Shown: piece by piece, positions 12,701 to 26,100 of the stretch | Layout: each line of letters begins with the position of its first letter | Numbering within the stretch: position 1 is the stretch's first letter | Notes under the pieces: generated by a model | The model's database searches: none | What the model saw: only the letters and a program-made list of their open reading frames with translations | What the model was told of the DNA's origin: nothing | Position numbers and translations under genes: made by a program | Source of the DNA: Azolla caroliniana | Lineage: Eukaryota; Plantae; Polypodiophyta | DNA: 64,000 nucleotides | Direction: 5' to 3' | Assembly: GCA_043228905.1 (NCBI GenBank) | Contig: JBHGNT010000002.1 | Coordinates: 1 to 64,000 of the forward strand

Positions 12701-13750
12701 CGCATGTTTGAACCCAAAAATCCGATATCACACGAGCCAGGTATGAACATTTTAATTTACTCAAGGGCTCCACTCAACTCCCTCCTCATGTTTGCTAATT
12801 TCGTCGTGTCTCTCGACCTGAGTTTCAAAATGTTGATTTATTAATTCCATATCATAGCTAGCGTTGTTAGCTTCGATTCACATGTTTGAACACAAAAATC
12901 CGATATTACACGAGCCAGGTATGAACATTTTATTTTACCCACTAGCTCTTCTCAACTCACTACTCATGTTTGCTAATTTCGTCATGTCTCTCGACCTGAG
13001 TTTCAAAATCTTGATTTTTAAATTCCATATTATAGCTAGCGTTGTTAGCTTCGATTCGCATGTTTGAACTCAAAAATCCGATATCACACGAGCCATGTAT
13101 AAATATTTTCATTTACCCACTAGCTCTTCTCAACTCACTACTCATGTTTACTAATTTCGTCATGTCTCTCGACCTGAGTTTCAAAATCTTGATTTTTCAA
13201 TTCCATATCATGCCTAGCGTTATTAGCTTCGATTCCCATGTTTGAACTCAAAAATCCGATATCACACGAGCCAGGTATGAACATTTTCATTTACCCACTA
13301 GCTCTTCTCAACTCACTCCTCAAATTTGGTATTTTCGTCATGTCTCTCGACCTGAGTTTCAAAATCTTGATTTTTTAATTCCATATCATAGCTAGCGTTG
13401 TTAGCTTCGATTCGCATGTTTGAACACAAGAATCCGATATGACACGAGCCAGCTATGAACATTTTATTTTACCCACTAGCTCTTCTCAACTCACTACTCA
13501 TGTTTACTACTTTCGTCATGTCTCTCGACCTGAGTTTCAAAATCTTGATTTTTCAATTCCATATCATGGCTAGCATTCTTAGCTTCGATTCGCATGTTTG
13601 AACACAAAAATCCGATATTACACGAGCCAGCTATGAACATTTTATTTTACTCAAGGGCTCCACTCAACTCCCTCCTCATGTTTGCTAATTTCGTCGTGTC
13701 TCTCGACCTGAGTCTGAAAATGTTGCTTTATTAATTCCCTATAATAGCTA
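3724..13750 (+). repeat. Satellite domain 1: telomere-adjacent subfamily with irregular block duplications
   Basis: Rich in the cccactagctcttct, gaactcaaaa and gagccatgtatg variants. The marker monomer (ORF MNSISWL) sits at 3782, 5918, 7164, 8409 and 11257, spacings 2136 (12 monomers), 1246, 1245 (7 each) and 2848 (16). Blocks repeat at 4627 (4696 to 9323) and 712 (9323 to 10035, 9679 to 10391). Confidence 0.85.
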
Positions 13751-14106
13751 GCGTTGTTAGCTTCGATTCACATGTTTGAACACAAAAATCCGATATCACA
13801 CGAGCCAGGTATGAACATTTTAATTTACTCAAGGTCTCCTCTCAACTCACTCCTCAAATTTGGTAATTTAATCATGTCTCTCGACCTGAGTTTCAAAATC
13901 TCGATTTTTCAATTCCATATCGTGGCTAGCGTTGTTAGCTTCGATTCGCATGTTTGAACACAAAAATCCGATATTACACGAGCCAGGTATGAACATTTTA
14001 ATTTACTCAAGGGCTCCTCTCAACTCACTACTCATGTTTACTAATTTCGTCATGTCTGTGGACCTGAGTTTCAAAATCTTGATTTTTGAATTCCATATCA
14101 TAGCTA

Positions 14107-17100
14107 GCGTAGTTAGCTTCGATTCGCATGTTTGAACACAAAAATCCGATATCACACGAGCCAGGTATGAACATTTTATTTTACCCACTAGCTCCTCTCA
14201 ACTCCCTCCTCATGTTTGCTAATTTCGTCGTGTCTCTGGACCTGAGTTTGAAAATGTTGATTTATTAATTCCATATCATAGCTAGCGTTGTTAGCTTCGA
14301 TTCGCATGTTTGAACACAAAAATCCGATATTACACGAGCCAGGTATGAACATTTTAATTTACTCAAGGGCTCCTCTCACCTCACTACTCATGTTTGCTAA
14401 TTTCGTCATGTCTCTCGACCGGAGTTTCAAAATCTTGATTTTTGAATTCCATATCATAGCTAGCGTTGTTAGCTTCGATTCGCATGTTTGAACACAAAAA
14501 TCCGATATCACACGAGCTAGAAATGAACATTTTAATTTACTCAAGGGCTCCTCTCAACTCACTAGTCATGTTTACTAATTTCGTCATGTCTGTGGACCTG
14601 AGTTTCAAAATCTTGATTTTTGAATTCCATATCATAGCTAGCGTTGTTAGCTTCGATTCGCATGTTTGAACACAAAAATCCGATATCACACGAGCCAGGT
14701 ATGAACATTTTAATTTACTCAAGGGCTCCTCTCAACTCCCTCCTTATGTTTGCTAATTTCGTCGTGTCTCTCGACCTGAGTTTTAAAATCTTGATTTATT
14801 AATTCCATATCATAGCTAGCGTTGTTAGCTTCGATTCCCATGTTTGAACACAAAAATCCGATATCACACAAGCCAGGTATGAACATTTTAATTTACCGAC
14901 TAGCTCTTCTCAACTCACTCCTCAAATTTGGTAATTTCGTCATGTCTCTCGACCTGAGTTTCAAAATCTTGATTTTTGAATTCCATATCATAGCTAGCGT
15001 TGTTAGCTTCGATTCGCATGTTTGAACCCAAAAATCCGATATCACACGAGCCAGGTATGAACATTTTATTTTACTCAAGGGCTCCTCTCAACTCCCTCCT
15101 CATGTTTGCTAATTTCGTCGTGTCTCTGGACCTGAGTTTCAAAATCTTGATTTTTGAATTCCATATCATAGCTAGCGTTGTTAGCTTCGATTCGCATGTT
15201 TGAATACAAAAATCCGATATCACACGAGCCAGGTATGAACATTTTATTTTACTCAAGGGCTCCTCTCAACTCCCTCCTCATGTTTGCTAATTTCGTCGTG
15301 TCTCTGGACCTGAGTTTCAAAATCTTGATTTTTGAATTCCATATCATAGCTAGCGTTGTTAGCTTCGATTCGCATGTTTGAACCCAAAAATCCGATATTA
15401 CACGAGCCAGGTATGAACATTTTAATTTACTCAAGGGCTCCTCTTAACTCACTACTCATGTTTACTAATTTCGTCATGTCTGTGGACCTGAGTTTCAAAA
15501 TCTTGATTTTTGAATTCCATATCATAGCTAGCGTTGTTAGCTTCGATTCGCATGTTTGAACACAAAAATCCGATATCACACGAGCCAGGTATGAACATTT
15601 TAATTTACTCAAGGGCTCCTCTCAACTCCCTCCTCATGTTTGCTAATTTCGTCGTGTCTCTCGACCTGAGTTTCAAAATCTTGATTTATTAATTTCATAT
15701 CATAGCTAGCGTTGTTAGCTTCGATTCGCATGTTTGAACCCAAAAATCCGATATCACACGAGCCAGGTATGAACATTTTATTTTACTCAAGGGCTCCTCT
15801 CAACTCCCTCCTCATGTTTGCTAATTTCGTCGTGTCTCTGGACCTGAGTTTCAAAATCTTGATTTTTGAATTCCATATCATAGCTAGCGTTGTTAGCTTC
15901 GATTCGCATGTTTGAATACAAAAATCCGATATCACACGAGCCAGGTATGAACATTTTATTTTACTCAAGGGCTCCTCTCAACTCCCTCCTCATGTTTGCT
16001 AATTTCGTCGTGTCTCTGGACCTGAGTTTCAAAATCTTGATTTTTGAATTCCATATCATAGCTAGCGTTGTTAGCTTCGATTCGCATGTTTGAACACAAA
16101 AATCCGATATTACACGAGCCAGGTATGAACATTTTAATTTACTCAAGGGCTCCTCTCAACTCACTACTCATGTTTACTAATTTCGTCATGTCTGTGGACC
16201 TGAGTTTCAAAATCTTGATTTTTGAATTCCATATCATAGCTAGCGTTGTTAGCTTCGATTCGCATGTTTGAACACAAAAATCCGATATCACACGAGCCAG
16301 GTATGAACATTTTAATTTACTCAAGGGCTCCTCTCAACTCCCTCCTCATGTTTGCTAATTTCGTCGTGTCTCTCGACCTGAGTTTCAAAATCTTGATTTA
16401 TTAATTCCATATCATAGCTAGCGTTGTTAGCTTCGATTCCCATGTTTGAACACAAAAATCCGATATCACACAAGCCAGGTATGAACATTTTAATTTACCG
16501 ACTAGCTCTTCTCAACTCACTCCTCAAATTTGGTAATTTCGTCATGTCTCTCGACCTGAGTTTCAAAATCTTGATTTTTGAATTCCATATCATAGCTAGC
16601 GTTGTTAGCTTCGATTCGCATGTTTGAACCCAAAAATCCGATATCACACGAGCCAGGTATGAACATTTTATTTTACTCAAGGGCTCCTCTCAACTCCCTC
16701 CTCATGTTTGCTAATTTCGTCGTGTCTCTGGACCTGAGTTTCAAAATCTTGATTTTTGAATTCCATATCATAGCTAGCGTTGTTAGCTTCGATTCGCATG
16801 TTTGAATACAAAAATCCGATATCACACGAGCCAGGTATGAACATTTTATTTTACTCAAGGGCTCCTCTCAACTCCCTCCTCATGTTTGCTAATTTCGTCG
16901 TGTCTCTGGACCTGAGTTTCAAAATCTTGATTTTTGAATTCCATATCATAGCTAGCGTAGTTAGCTTCGATTCGCATGTTTGAACACAAAAATCCGATAT
17001 CACACGAGCCAGGTATGAACATTTTAATTTACTCAAGGGCTCCTCTCAACTCCCTCCTCATGTTTGCTAATTTCGTCGTGTCTCTCGACCTGAGTTTGAA

Positions 17101-20100
17101 AATGTTGATTTATTAATTCCATATCATAGCTAGCGTTGTTAGCTTCGATTCGCATGTTTGAACACAAAAATCCGATATTACACGAGCCAGGTATGAACAT
17201 TTTAATTTACTCAAGGGCTCCTCTCACCTCACTACTCATGTTTGCTAATTTCGTCATGTCTCTCGACCGGAGTTTCAAAATCTTGATTTTTGAATTCCAT
17301 ATCATAGCTAGCGTTGTTAGCTTCGATTCGCATGTTTGAACACAAAAATCCGATATCACACGAGCTAGAAATGAACATTTTAATTTACTCAAGGGCTCCT
17401 CTCAACTCACTAGTCATGTTTACTAATTTCGTCATGTCTGTGGACCTGAGTTTCAAAATCTTGATTTTTGAATTCCATATCATAGCTAGCGTTGTTAGCT
17501 TCGATTCGCATGTTTGAACACAAAAATCCGATATCACACGAGCCAGGTATGAACATTTTAATTTACTCAAGGGCTCCTCTCAACTCCCTCCTTATGTTTG
17601 CTAATTTCGTCGTGTCTCTCGACCTGAGTTTTAAAATCTTGATTTATTAATTCCATATCATAGCTAGCGTTGTTAGCTTCGATTCCCATGTTTGAACACA
17701 AAAATCCGATATCACACAAGCCAGGTATGAACATTTTAATTTACCGACTAGCTCTTCTCAACTCACTCCTCAAATTTGGTAATTTCGTCATGTCTCTCGA
17801 CCTGAGTTTCAAAATCTTGATTTTTGAATTCCATATCATAGCTAGCGTTGTTAGCTTCGATTCGCATGTTTGAACCCAAAAATCCGATATCACACGAGCC
17901 AGGTATGAACATTTTATTTTACTCAAGGGCTCCTCTCAACTCCCTCCTCATGTTTGCTAATTTCGTCGTGTCTCTGGACCTGAGTTTCAAAATCTTGATT
18001 TTTGAATTCCATATCATAGCTAGCGTTGTTAGCTTCGATTCGCATGTTTGAATACAAAAATCCGATATCACACGAGCCAGGTATGAACATTTTATTTTAC
18101 TCAAGGGCTCCTCTCAACTCCCTCCTCATGTTTGCTAATTTCGTCGTGTCTCTGGACCTGAGTTTCAAAATCTTGATTTTTGAATTCCATATCATAGCTA
18201 GCGTTGTTAGCTTCGATTCGCATGTTTGAACACAAAAATCCGATATTACACGAGCCAGGTATGAACATTTTAATTTACTCAAGGGCTCCTCTTAACTCAC
18301 TACTCATGTTTACTAATTTCGTCATGTCTGTGGACCTGAGTTTCAAAATCTTGATTTTTGAATTCCATATCATAGCTAGCGTTGTTAGCTTCGATTCGCA
18401 TGTTTGAACACAAAAATCCGATATCACACGAGCCAGGTATGAACATTTTAATTTACTCAAGGGCTCCTCTCAACTCCCTCCTCATGTTTGCTAATTTCGT
18501 CGTGTCTCTCGACCTGAGTTTCAAAATCTTGATTTATTAATTTCATATCATAGCTAGCGTTGTTAGCTTCGATTCGCATGTTTGAACCCAAAAATCCGAT
18601 ATCACACGAGCCAGGTATGAACATTTTATTTTACTCAAGGGCTCCTCTCAACTCCCTCCTCATGTTTGCTAATTTCGTCGTGTCTCTGGACCTGAGTTTC
18701 AAAATCTTGATTTTTGAATTCCATATCATAGCTAGCGTTGTTAGCTTTGATTCGCATGTTTGAATACAAAAATCCGATATCACACGAGCCAGGTATGAAC
18801 ATTTTATTTTACTCAAGGGCTCCTCTCAACTCCCTCCTCATGTTTGCTAATTTCGTCGTGTCTCTGGACCTGAGTTTCAAAATCTTGATTTTTGAATTCC
18901 ATATCATAGCTAGCGTTGTTAGCTTCGATTCGCATGTTTGAACACAAAAATCCGATATTACACGAGCCAGGTATGAACATTTTAATTTACTCAAGGGCTC
19001 CTCTCAACTCACTACTCATGTTTACTAATTTCGTCATGTCTGTGGACCTGAGTTTCAAAATCTTGATTTTTGAATTCCATATCATAGCTAGCGTTGTTAG
19101 CTTCGATTCGCATGTTTGAACACAAAAATCCGATATCACACGAGCCAGGTATGAACATTTTAATTTACTCAAGGGCTCCTCTCAACTCCCTCCTCATGTT
19201 TGCTAATTTCGTCGTGTCTCTCGACCTGAGTTTCAAAATCTTGATTTATTAATTCCATATCATAGCTAGCGTTGTTAGCTTCGATTCCCATGTTTGAACA
19301 CAAAAATCCGATATCACACAAGCCAGGTATGAACATTTTAATTTACCGACTAGCTCTTCTCAACTCACTCCTCAAATTTGGTAATTTCGTCATGTCTCTC
19401 GACCTGAGTTTCAAAATCTTGATTTTTGAATTCCATATCATAGCTAGCGTTGTTAGCTTCGATTCGCATGTTTGAACCCAAAAATCCGATATCACACGAG
19501 CCAGGTATGAACATTTTATTTTACTCAAGGGCTCCTCTCAACTCCCTCCTCATGTTTGCTAATTTCGTCGTGTCTCTGGACCTGAGTTTCAAAATCTTGA
19601 TTTTTGAATTCCATATCATAGCTAGCGTTGTTAGCTTCGATTCGCATGTTTGAATACAAAAATCCGATATCACACGAGCCAGGTATGAACATTTTATTTT
19701 ACTCAAGGGCTCCTCTCAACTCCCTCCTCATGTTTGCTAATTTCGTCGTGTCTCTGGACCTGAGTTTCAAAATCTTGATTTTTGAATTCCATATCATAGC
19801 TAGCGTAGTTAGCTTCGATTCGCATGTTTGAACACAAAAATCCGATATCACACGAGCCAGGTATGAACATTTTAATTTACTCAAGGGCTCCTCTCAACTC
19901 CCTCCTCATGTTTGCTAATTTCGTCGTGTCTCTCGACCTGAGTTTGAAAATGTTGATTTATTAATTCCATATCATAGCTAGCGTTGTTAGCTTCGATTCG
20001 CATGTTTGAACACAAAAATCCGATATTACACGAGCCAGGTATGAACATTTTAATTTACTCAAGGGCTCCTCTCACCTCACTACTCATGTTTGCTAATTTC

Positions 20101-20517
20101 GTCATGTCTCTCGACCGGAGTTTCAAAATCTTGATTTTTGAATTCCATATCATAGCTAGCGTTGTTAGCTTCGATTCGCATGTTTGAACACAAAAATCCG
20201 ATATCACACGAGCTAGAAATGAACATTTTAATTTACTCAAGGGCTCCTCTCAACTCACTAGTCATGTTTACTAATTTCGTCATGTCTGTGGACCTGAGTT
20301 TCAAAATCTTGATTTTTGAATTCCATATCATAGCTAGCGTTGTTAGCTTCGATTCGCATGTTTGAACACAAAAATCCGATATCACACGAGCCAGGTATGA
20401 ACATTTTAATTTACTCAAGGGCTCCTCTCAACTCCCTCCTTATGTTTGCTAATTTCGTCGTGTCTCTCGACCTGAGTTTTAAAATCTTGATTTATTAATT
20501 CCATATCATAGCTAGCG
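14107..20517 (+). repeat. Satellite domain 2: 16-monomer HOR (2848 bp), two full copies plus the start of a third
   Basis: Private variants gcgtagtt at 14107/16955/19803 and gagctagaaatg at 14514/17362/20210, each exactly 2848 = 16 x 178 apart. Confidence 0.92.
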
Positions 20518-23189
20518 TTGTTAGCTTCGATTCGCATGTTTGAACACAAAAATCCGATATTACACGAGCCAGGTATGAACATTTTAATTTACTCAAGGGC
20601 TCCTCTTAACTCACTACTCATGTTTACTAATTTCGTCATGTCTGTGGACCTGAGTTTCAAAATCTTGATTTTTGAATTCCATATCATAGCTAGCGTTGTT
20701 AGCTTCGATTCGCATGTTTGAACACAAAAATCCGATATCACACGAGCCAGGTATGAACATTTTAATTTACTCAAGGGCTCCTCTCAACTCCCTCCTCATG
20801 TTTGCTAATTTCGTCGTGTCTCTCGACCTGAGTTTCAAAATCTTGATTTATTAATTTCATATCATAGCTAGCGTTGTTAGCTTCGATTCGCATGTTTGAA
20901 CCCAAAAATCCGATATCACACGAGCCAGGTATGAACATTTTATTTTACTCAAGGGCTCCTCTCAACTCCCTCCTCATGTTTGCTAATTTCGTCGTGTCTC
21001 TGGACCTGAGTTTCAAAATCTTGATTTTTGAATTCCATATCATAGCTAGCGTTGTTAGCTTCGATTCGCATGTTTGAACACAAAAATCCGATATTACACG
21101 AGCCAGGTATGAACATTTTAATTTACTCAAGGGCTCCTCTCAACTCACTACTCATGTTTACTAATTTCGTCATGTCTGTGGACCTGAGTTTCAAAATCTT
21201 GATTTTTGAATTCCATATCATAGCTAGCGTTGTTAGCTTCGATTCGCATGTTTGAACACAAAAATCCGATATCACACGAGCCAGGTATGAACATTTTAAT
21301 TTACTCAAGGGCTCCTCTCAACTCCCTCCTCATGTTTGCTAATTTCGTCGTGTCTCTCGACCTGAGTTTCAAAATCTTGATTTATTAATTCCATATCATA
21401 GCTAGCGTTGTTAGCTTCGATTCCCATGTTTGAACACAAAAATCCGATATCACATAAGCCAGGTATGAACAATTTAATTTACCTACTAGCTCTTCTCAAC
21501 TCACTCCTCAAATTTGGTAATTTCGTAATGTCTGTGGACCTGAGTTTCAAAATCTTGATTTTTGAATTCCATATCATAGCTAGCGTTGTTAGCTTCGATT
21601 CGCATGTTTGAACCCAAAAATCCGATATCACACGAGCCAGGTATGAACATTTTATTTTACTCAAGGGCTCCTCTCAACTCCCTCCTCATGTTTGCTAATT
21701 TCGTCGTGTCTCTGGACCTGAGTTTCAAAATCTTGATTTTTGAATTCCATATCATAGCTAGCGTTGTTAGCTTCGATTCGCATGTTTGAATACAAAAATC
21801 CGATATCACACGAGCCAGGTATGAACATTTTATTTTACTCAAGGGCTCCTCTCAACTCCCTCCTCATGTTTGCTAATTTCGTCGTGTCTCTGGACCTGAG
21901 TTTCAAAATCTTGATTTTTGAATTCCATATCATAGCTAGCGTTGTTAGCTTCGATTCGCATGTTTGAACACAAAAATCCGATATTACACGAGCCAGGTAT
22001 GAACATTTTAATTTACTCAAGGGCTCCTCTCAACTCACTACTCATGTTTACTAATTTCGTCATGTCTGTGGACCTGAGTTTCAAAATCTTGATTTTTGAA
22101 TTCCATATCATAGCTAGCGTTGTTAGCTTCGATTCGCATGTTTGAACACAAAAATCCGATATCACACGAGCCAGGTATGAACATTTTAATTTACTCAAGG
22201 GCTCCTCTCAACTCCCTCCTCATGTTTGCTAATTTCGTCGTGTCTCTGGACCTGAGTTTCAAAATCTTGATTTTTGAATTCCATATCATAGCTAGCGTTG
22301 TTAGCTTCGATTCGCATGTTTGAACACAAAAATCCGATATCACACGAGCCAGGTATGAACATTTTAATTTACTCAAGGGCTCCTCTCAACTCCCTCCTCA
22401 TGTTTGCTAATTTCGTCGTGTCTCTCGACCTGAGTTTCAAAATCTTAATTTTTGAATTCCATATCATAGCTAGCGTTGTTAGCTTCGATTCGCATGTTTG
22501 AACACAAAAATCCGATATCACACGAGCCAGGTATGAACATTTTATTTTACTGAAGGGGTCCTCTCAACTCCCTCCTCATGTTTGCTAATTTCGTCGTGTC
22601 TCTGGACCTGAGTTTCAAAATCTTAATTTTTGAATTTCATATCATAGCTAGCGTTGTTATCTTCGATTCGCATGTTTGAACACAAAAATCCGATATCACA
22701 CGAGCCAGGTATGAACATTTTTCATTTACCCACTAGCTCTTCTCAACTCACTCCTCAAATTTGGTAATTTCGTCATGTCTCTCGACCTGAGTTTCAAAAT
22801 CTTGATTTTTGAATTCCATATCATAGCTAGCGTTGTTAGCTTCGATTCGCATGTTTGAACCCAAAAATCCGATATCACACGAGCCAGGTATGAACATTTT
22901 ATTTTACTCAAGGGCTCCTCTCAACTCCCTCCTCATGTTTGCTAATTTCGTCGTGTCTCTGGACCTGAGTTTCAAAATCTTGATTTTTGAATTCCATATC
23001 ATAGCTAGCGTTGTTAGCTTCGATTCGCATGTTTGAACCCAAAAATCCGATATCACACGAGCCAGGTATGAACATTTTATTTTACTCAAGGGCTCCTCTC
23101 AACTCCCTCCTCATGTTTGCTAATTTCGTCGTGTCTCTGGACCTGAGTTTCAAAATCTTAATTTTTGAATTCCATATCATAGCTAGCGT

Positions 23190-26100
23190 TGTTAGCTTCG
23201 ATTCGCATGTTTGAACACAAAAATCCGATATCACACGAGCCAGGTATGAACATTTTATTTTACTGAAGGGGTCCTCTCAACTCCCTCCTCATGTTTGCTA
23301 ATTTCGTCGTGTCTCTGGACCTGAGTTTCAAAATCTTAATTTTTGAATTTCATATCATAGCTAGCGTTGTTATCTTCGATTCGCATGTTTGAACACAAAA
23401 ATCCGATATCACACGAGCCAGGTATGGACATTTTAATTTACTCAAGGGCTTCTCTCAACTCAGTCCTCAAATTTGGTAATTTAATCATGTCTCTCGATCT
23501 GAGTTTCAAAATCTTGATTTTTGAATTCCATATCATAGCTAGCGTTGTTAGCTTCGATTCGCATGTTTGAACACAAAAATCCGATATCACACGAGCCAGG
23601 TATGAACATTTTAATTTACTCAAGGGCTCCTCTCAACTCCCTCCTCATGTTTGCTAATTTCGTCATGTCTGTCGACCTGAGTTTCAAAATCTTGATTTAT
23701 TAATTCCATATCATAGCTAGCGTTGTTAGCTTCGATTCGCATGTTTGAACACAAAAATCCGATATCACACAAGCCAGGTATGAACATTTTAATTTACCTA
23801 CTAGCTCTTCTCAACTCACTCCTCAAATTTGGTAATTTCGTCATGTCTCTCGACCTGAGTTTCAGAATCTTGATTTTTGAATTCCATATCATAACTAGCG
23901 TTGTTAGCTTCGATTCGCATGTTTGAACCCAAAAATCCGATATCACACGAGCCACGTATGAACATTTTATTTTACTCAAGGGCTCCTCTCAACTCCCTCC
24001 TCATGTTTGCTAATTTCGTCGTGTCTCTGGACCTGAGTTTCAAAATCTTGATTTTTGAATTCCATATCATAGCTAGCGTTGTTATATTTGATTCGCATGT
24101 TTGAACACAAAAATCCGATATCACACGAGCCAGGTATGAACATTTTTCATTTACCCACTAGCTCTTCTCAACTCACTCCTCAAATTTGGTATTTTCGTCA
24201 TGTCTCTCGACCTCAGTTTCAAAATCTTGAATTTTCAATTCCATATCATAGCTAGCGTTGTTAGCTTCGATTCGCATATTTGAACACAAAAATCCGATAT
24301 CACACGAGCCAGGTATGAACATTTTAATTTACTCAAGGGCTCCTCTCAACTCCCTCCTCATGTTTGCTAATTTTGTCGTGTCTCTCGACCTGAGTTTCAA
24401 AATCTTGATTTATTAATTCCATATCATAGCTAGCGTTGTTAGCTTCGATTCGCATGTTTGAACACAAAAATCCGATATCACACAAGCCAGGTATGAACAT
24501 TTTAATTTACCTACTAGCTCTTCTCAACTCACTCCTCAAATTTGGTATTTTCGTCATGTCTCTCGAACTGAGTTTCAAAATCTTGAATTTTTAATTCCAT
24601 ATCATAGCTAGCGTTGTTAGCTTCGATTCGCATGTTTGAACACAAAAATCCGATATTACACGAGCCAGGTATGAACATTTTAATTTACTCAAGGGCTCCT
24701 CTCAACTCACTACTCATGTTTACTATTTTCGTCATGTCTGTGGACCTGAGTTTCAAAATCTTGATTTTTGAATTCCATATCATAGCTAGCGTTGTTAGCT
24801 TCGATTCGCATGTTTGAACACAAAAATCCGATATCACACGAGCCAGGTATGAACATTTTAATTTACTCAAGGGCTCCTCTCAACTCCCTCCTCATGTTTG
24901 CTAATTTCGTCATGTCTGTCGACCTGAGTTTCAAAATCTTGATTTATTAATTCCATATCAATGCTAGCGTTGTGAGCTTCGATTCCCATGTTTGAACACA
25001 AAAATCCGATATCACACAAGCCAGGTATGAACATTTTAATTTACCTACTAGCTCTTCTCAACTGACTCCTCAAATTTGGTAATTTCGTCATGTCTCTCGA
25101 CCTGAGTTTCAGAATCTTGATTTTTGAATTCCATATCATAACTAGCGTTGTTAGCTTCGATTCGCATGTTTGAACCCAAAAATCCGATATCACACGAGCC
25201 ACGTATGAACATTTTATTTTACTCAAGGGCTCCTCTCAACTCCCTCCTCATGTTTGCTAATTTCGTCGTGTCTCTGGACCTGAGTTTCAAAATCTTGATT
25301 TTTGAATTCCATATCATAGCTAACGTTGTTAGCTTCGATTCGCATGTTTGAACACAAAAATCCGATATCACACGAGCCAGGTATGAACATTTTATTTTAC
25401 TGAAGGGGTCCTCTCAACTCCCTCCTCATGTTTGCTCATTTCGTCGTGTCTCTGGACCTGAGTTTCAAAATCTTGATTTTTGAATTCCATATCATAGCTA
25501 GCGTTGTTAGCTTCGATTCGCATGTTTGAACACAAAAATCCGATATTACACGAGCCAGGTATGAACATTTTAATTTACTCAAGGGCTCCTCTCAACTCAC
25601 TACTCATGTTTACTAATTTCGTCATGTCTGTGGACCTGAGTTTCAAAATCTTGATTTTTGAATTCCATATCATAGCTAGCGTTGTTAGCTTCGATTCGCA
25701 TGTTTGAACACAAAAATCCGATATCACACGAGCCAGGTATGAACATTTTAATTTACTCAAGGGCTCCTCTCAACTCCCTCCTCATGTTTGCTAATTTCGT
25801 CGTGTCTCTCGACCTGAGTTTCAAAATCTTGATTTATTAATTCCATATCATAGCTAGCGTTGTTAGCTTCGATTCCCATGTTTGAACACAAAAATCCGAT
25901 ATCACATAAGCCAGGTATGAACAATTTAATTTACCTACTAGCTCTTCTCAACTCACTCCTCAAATTTGGTAATTTCGTAATGTCTGTGGACCTGAGTTTC
26001 AAAATCTTGATTTTTGAATTCCATATCATAGCTAGCGTTGTTAGCTTCGATTCGCATGTTTGAACCCAAAAATCCGATATCACACGAGCCAGGTATGAAC

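Noticed and set aside
15020-15040. gaacccaaaaa monomer variant resembling a degenerate telomere unit
   Set aside because: A single A-to-C change from gaacacaaaaa; too short to indicate telomere-derived sequence.
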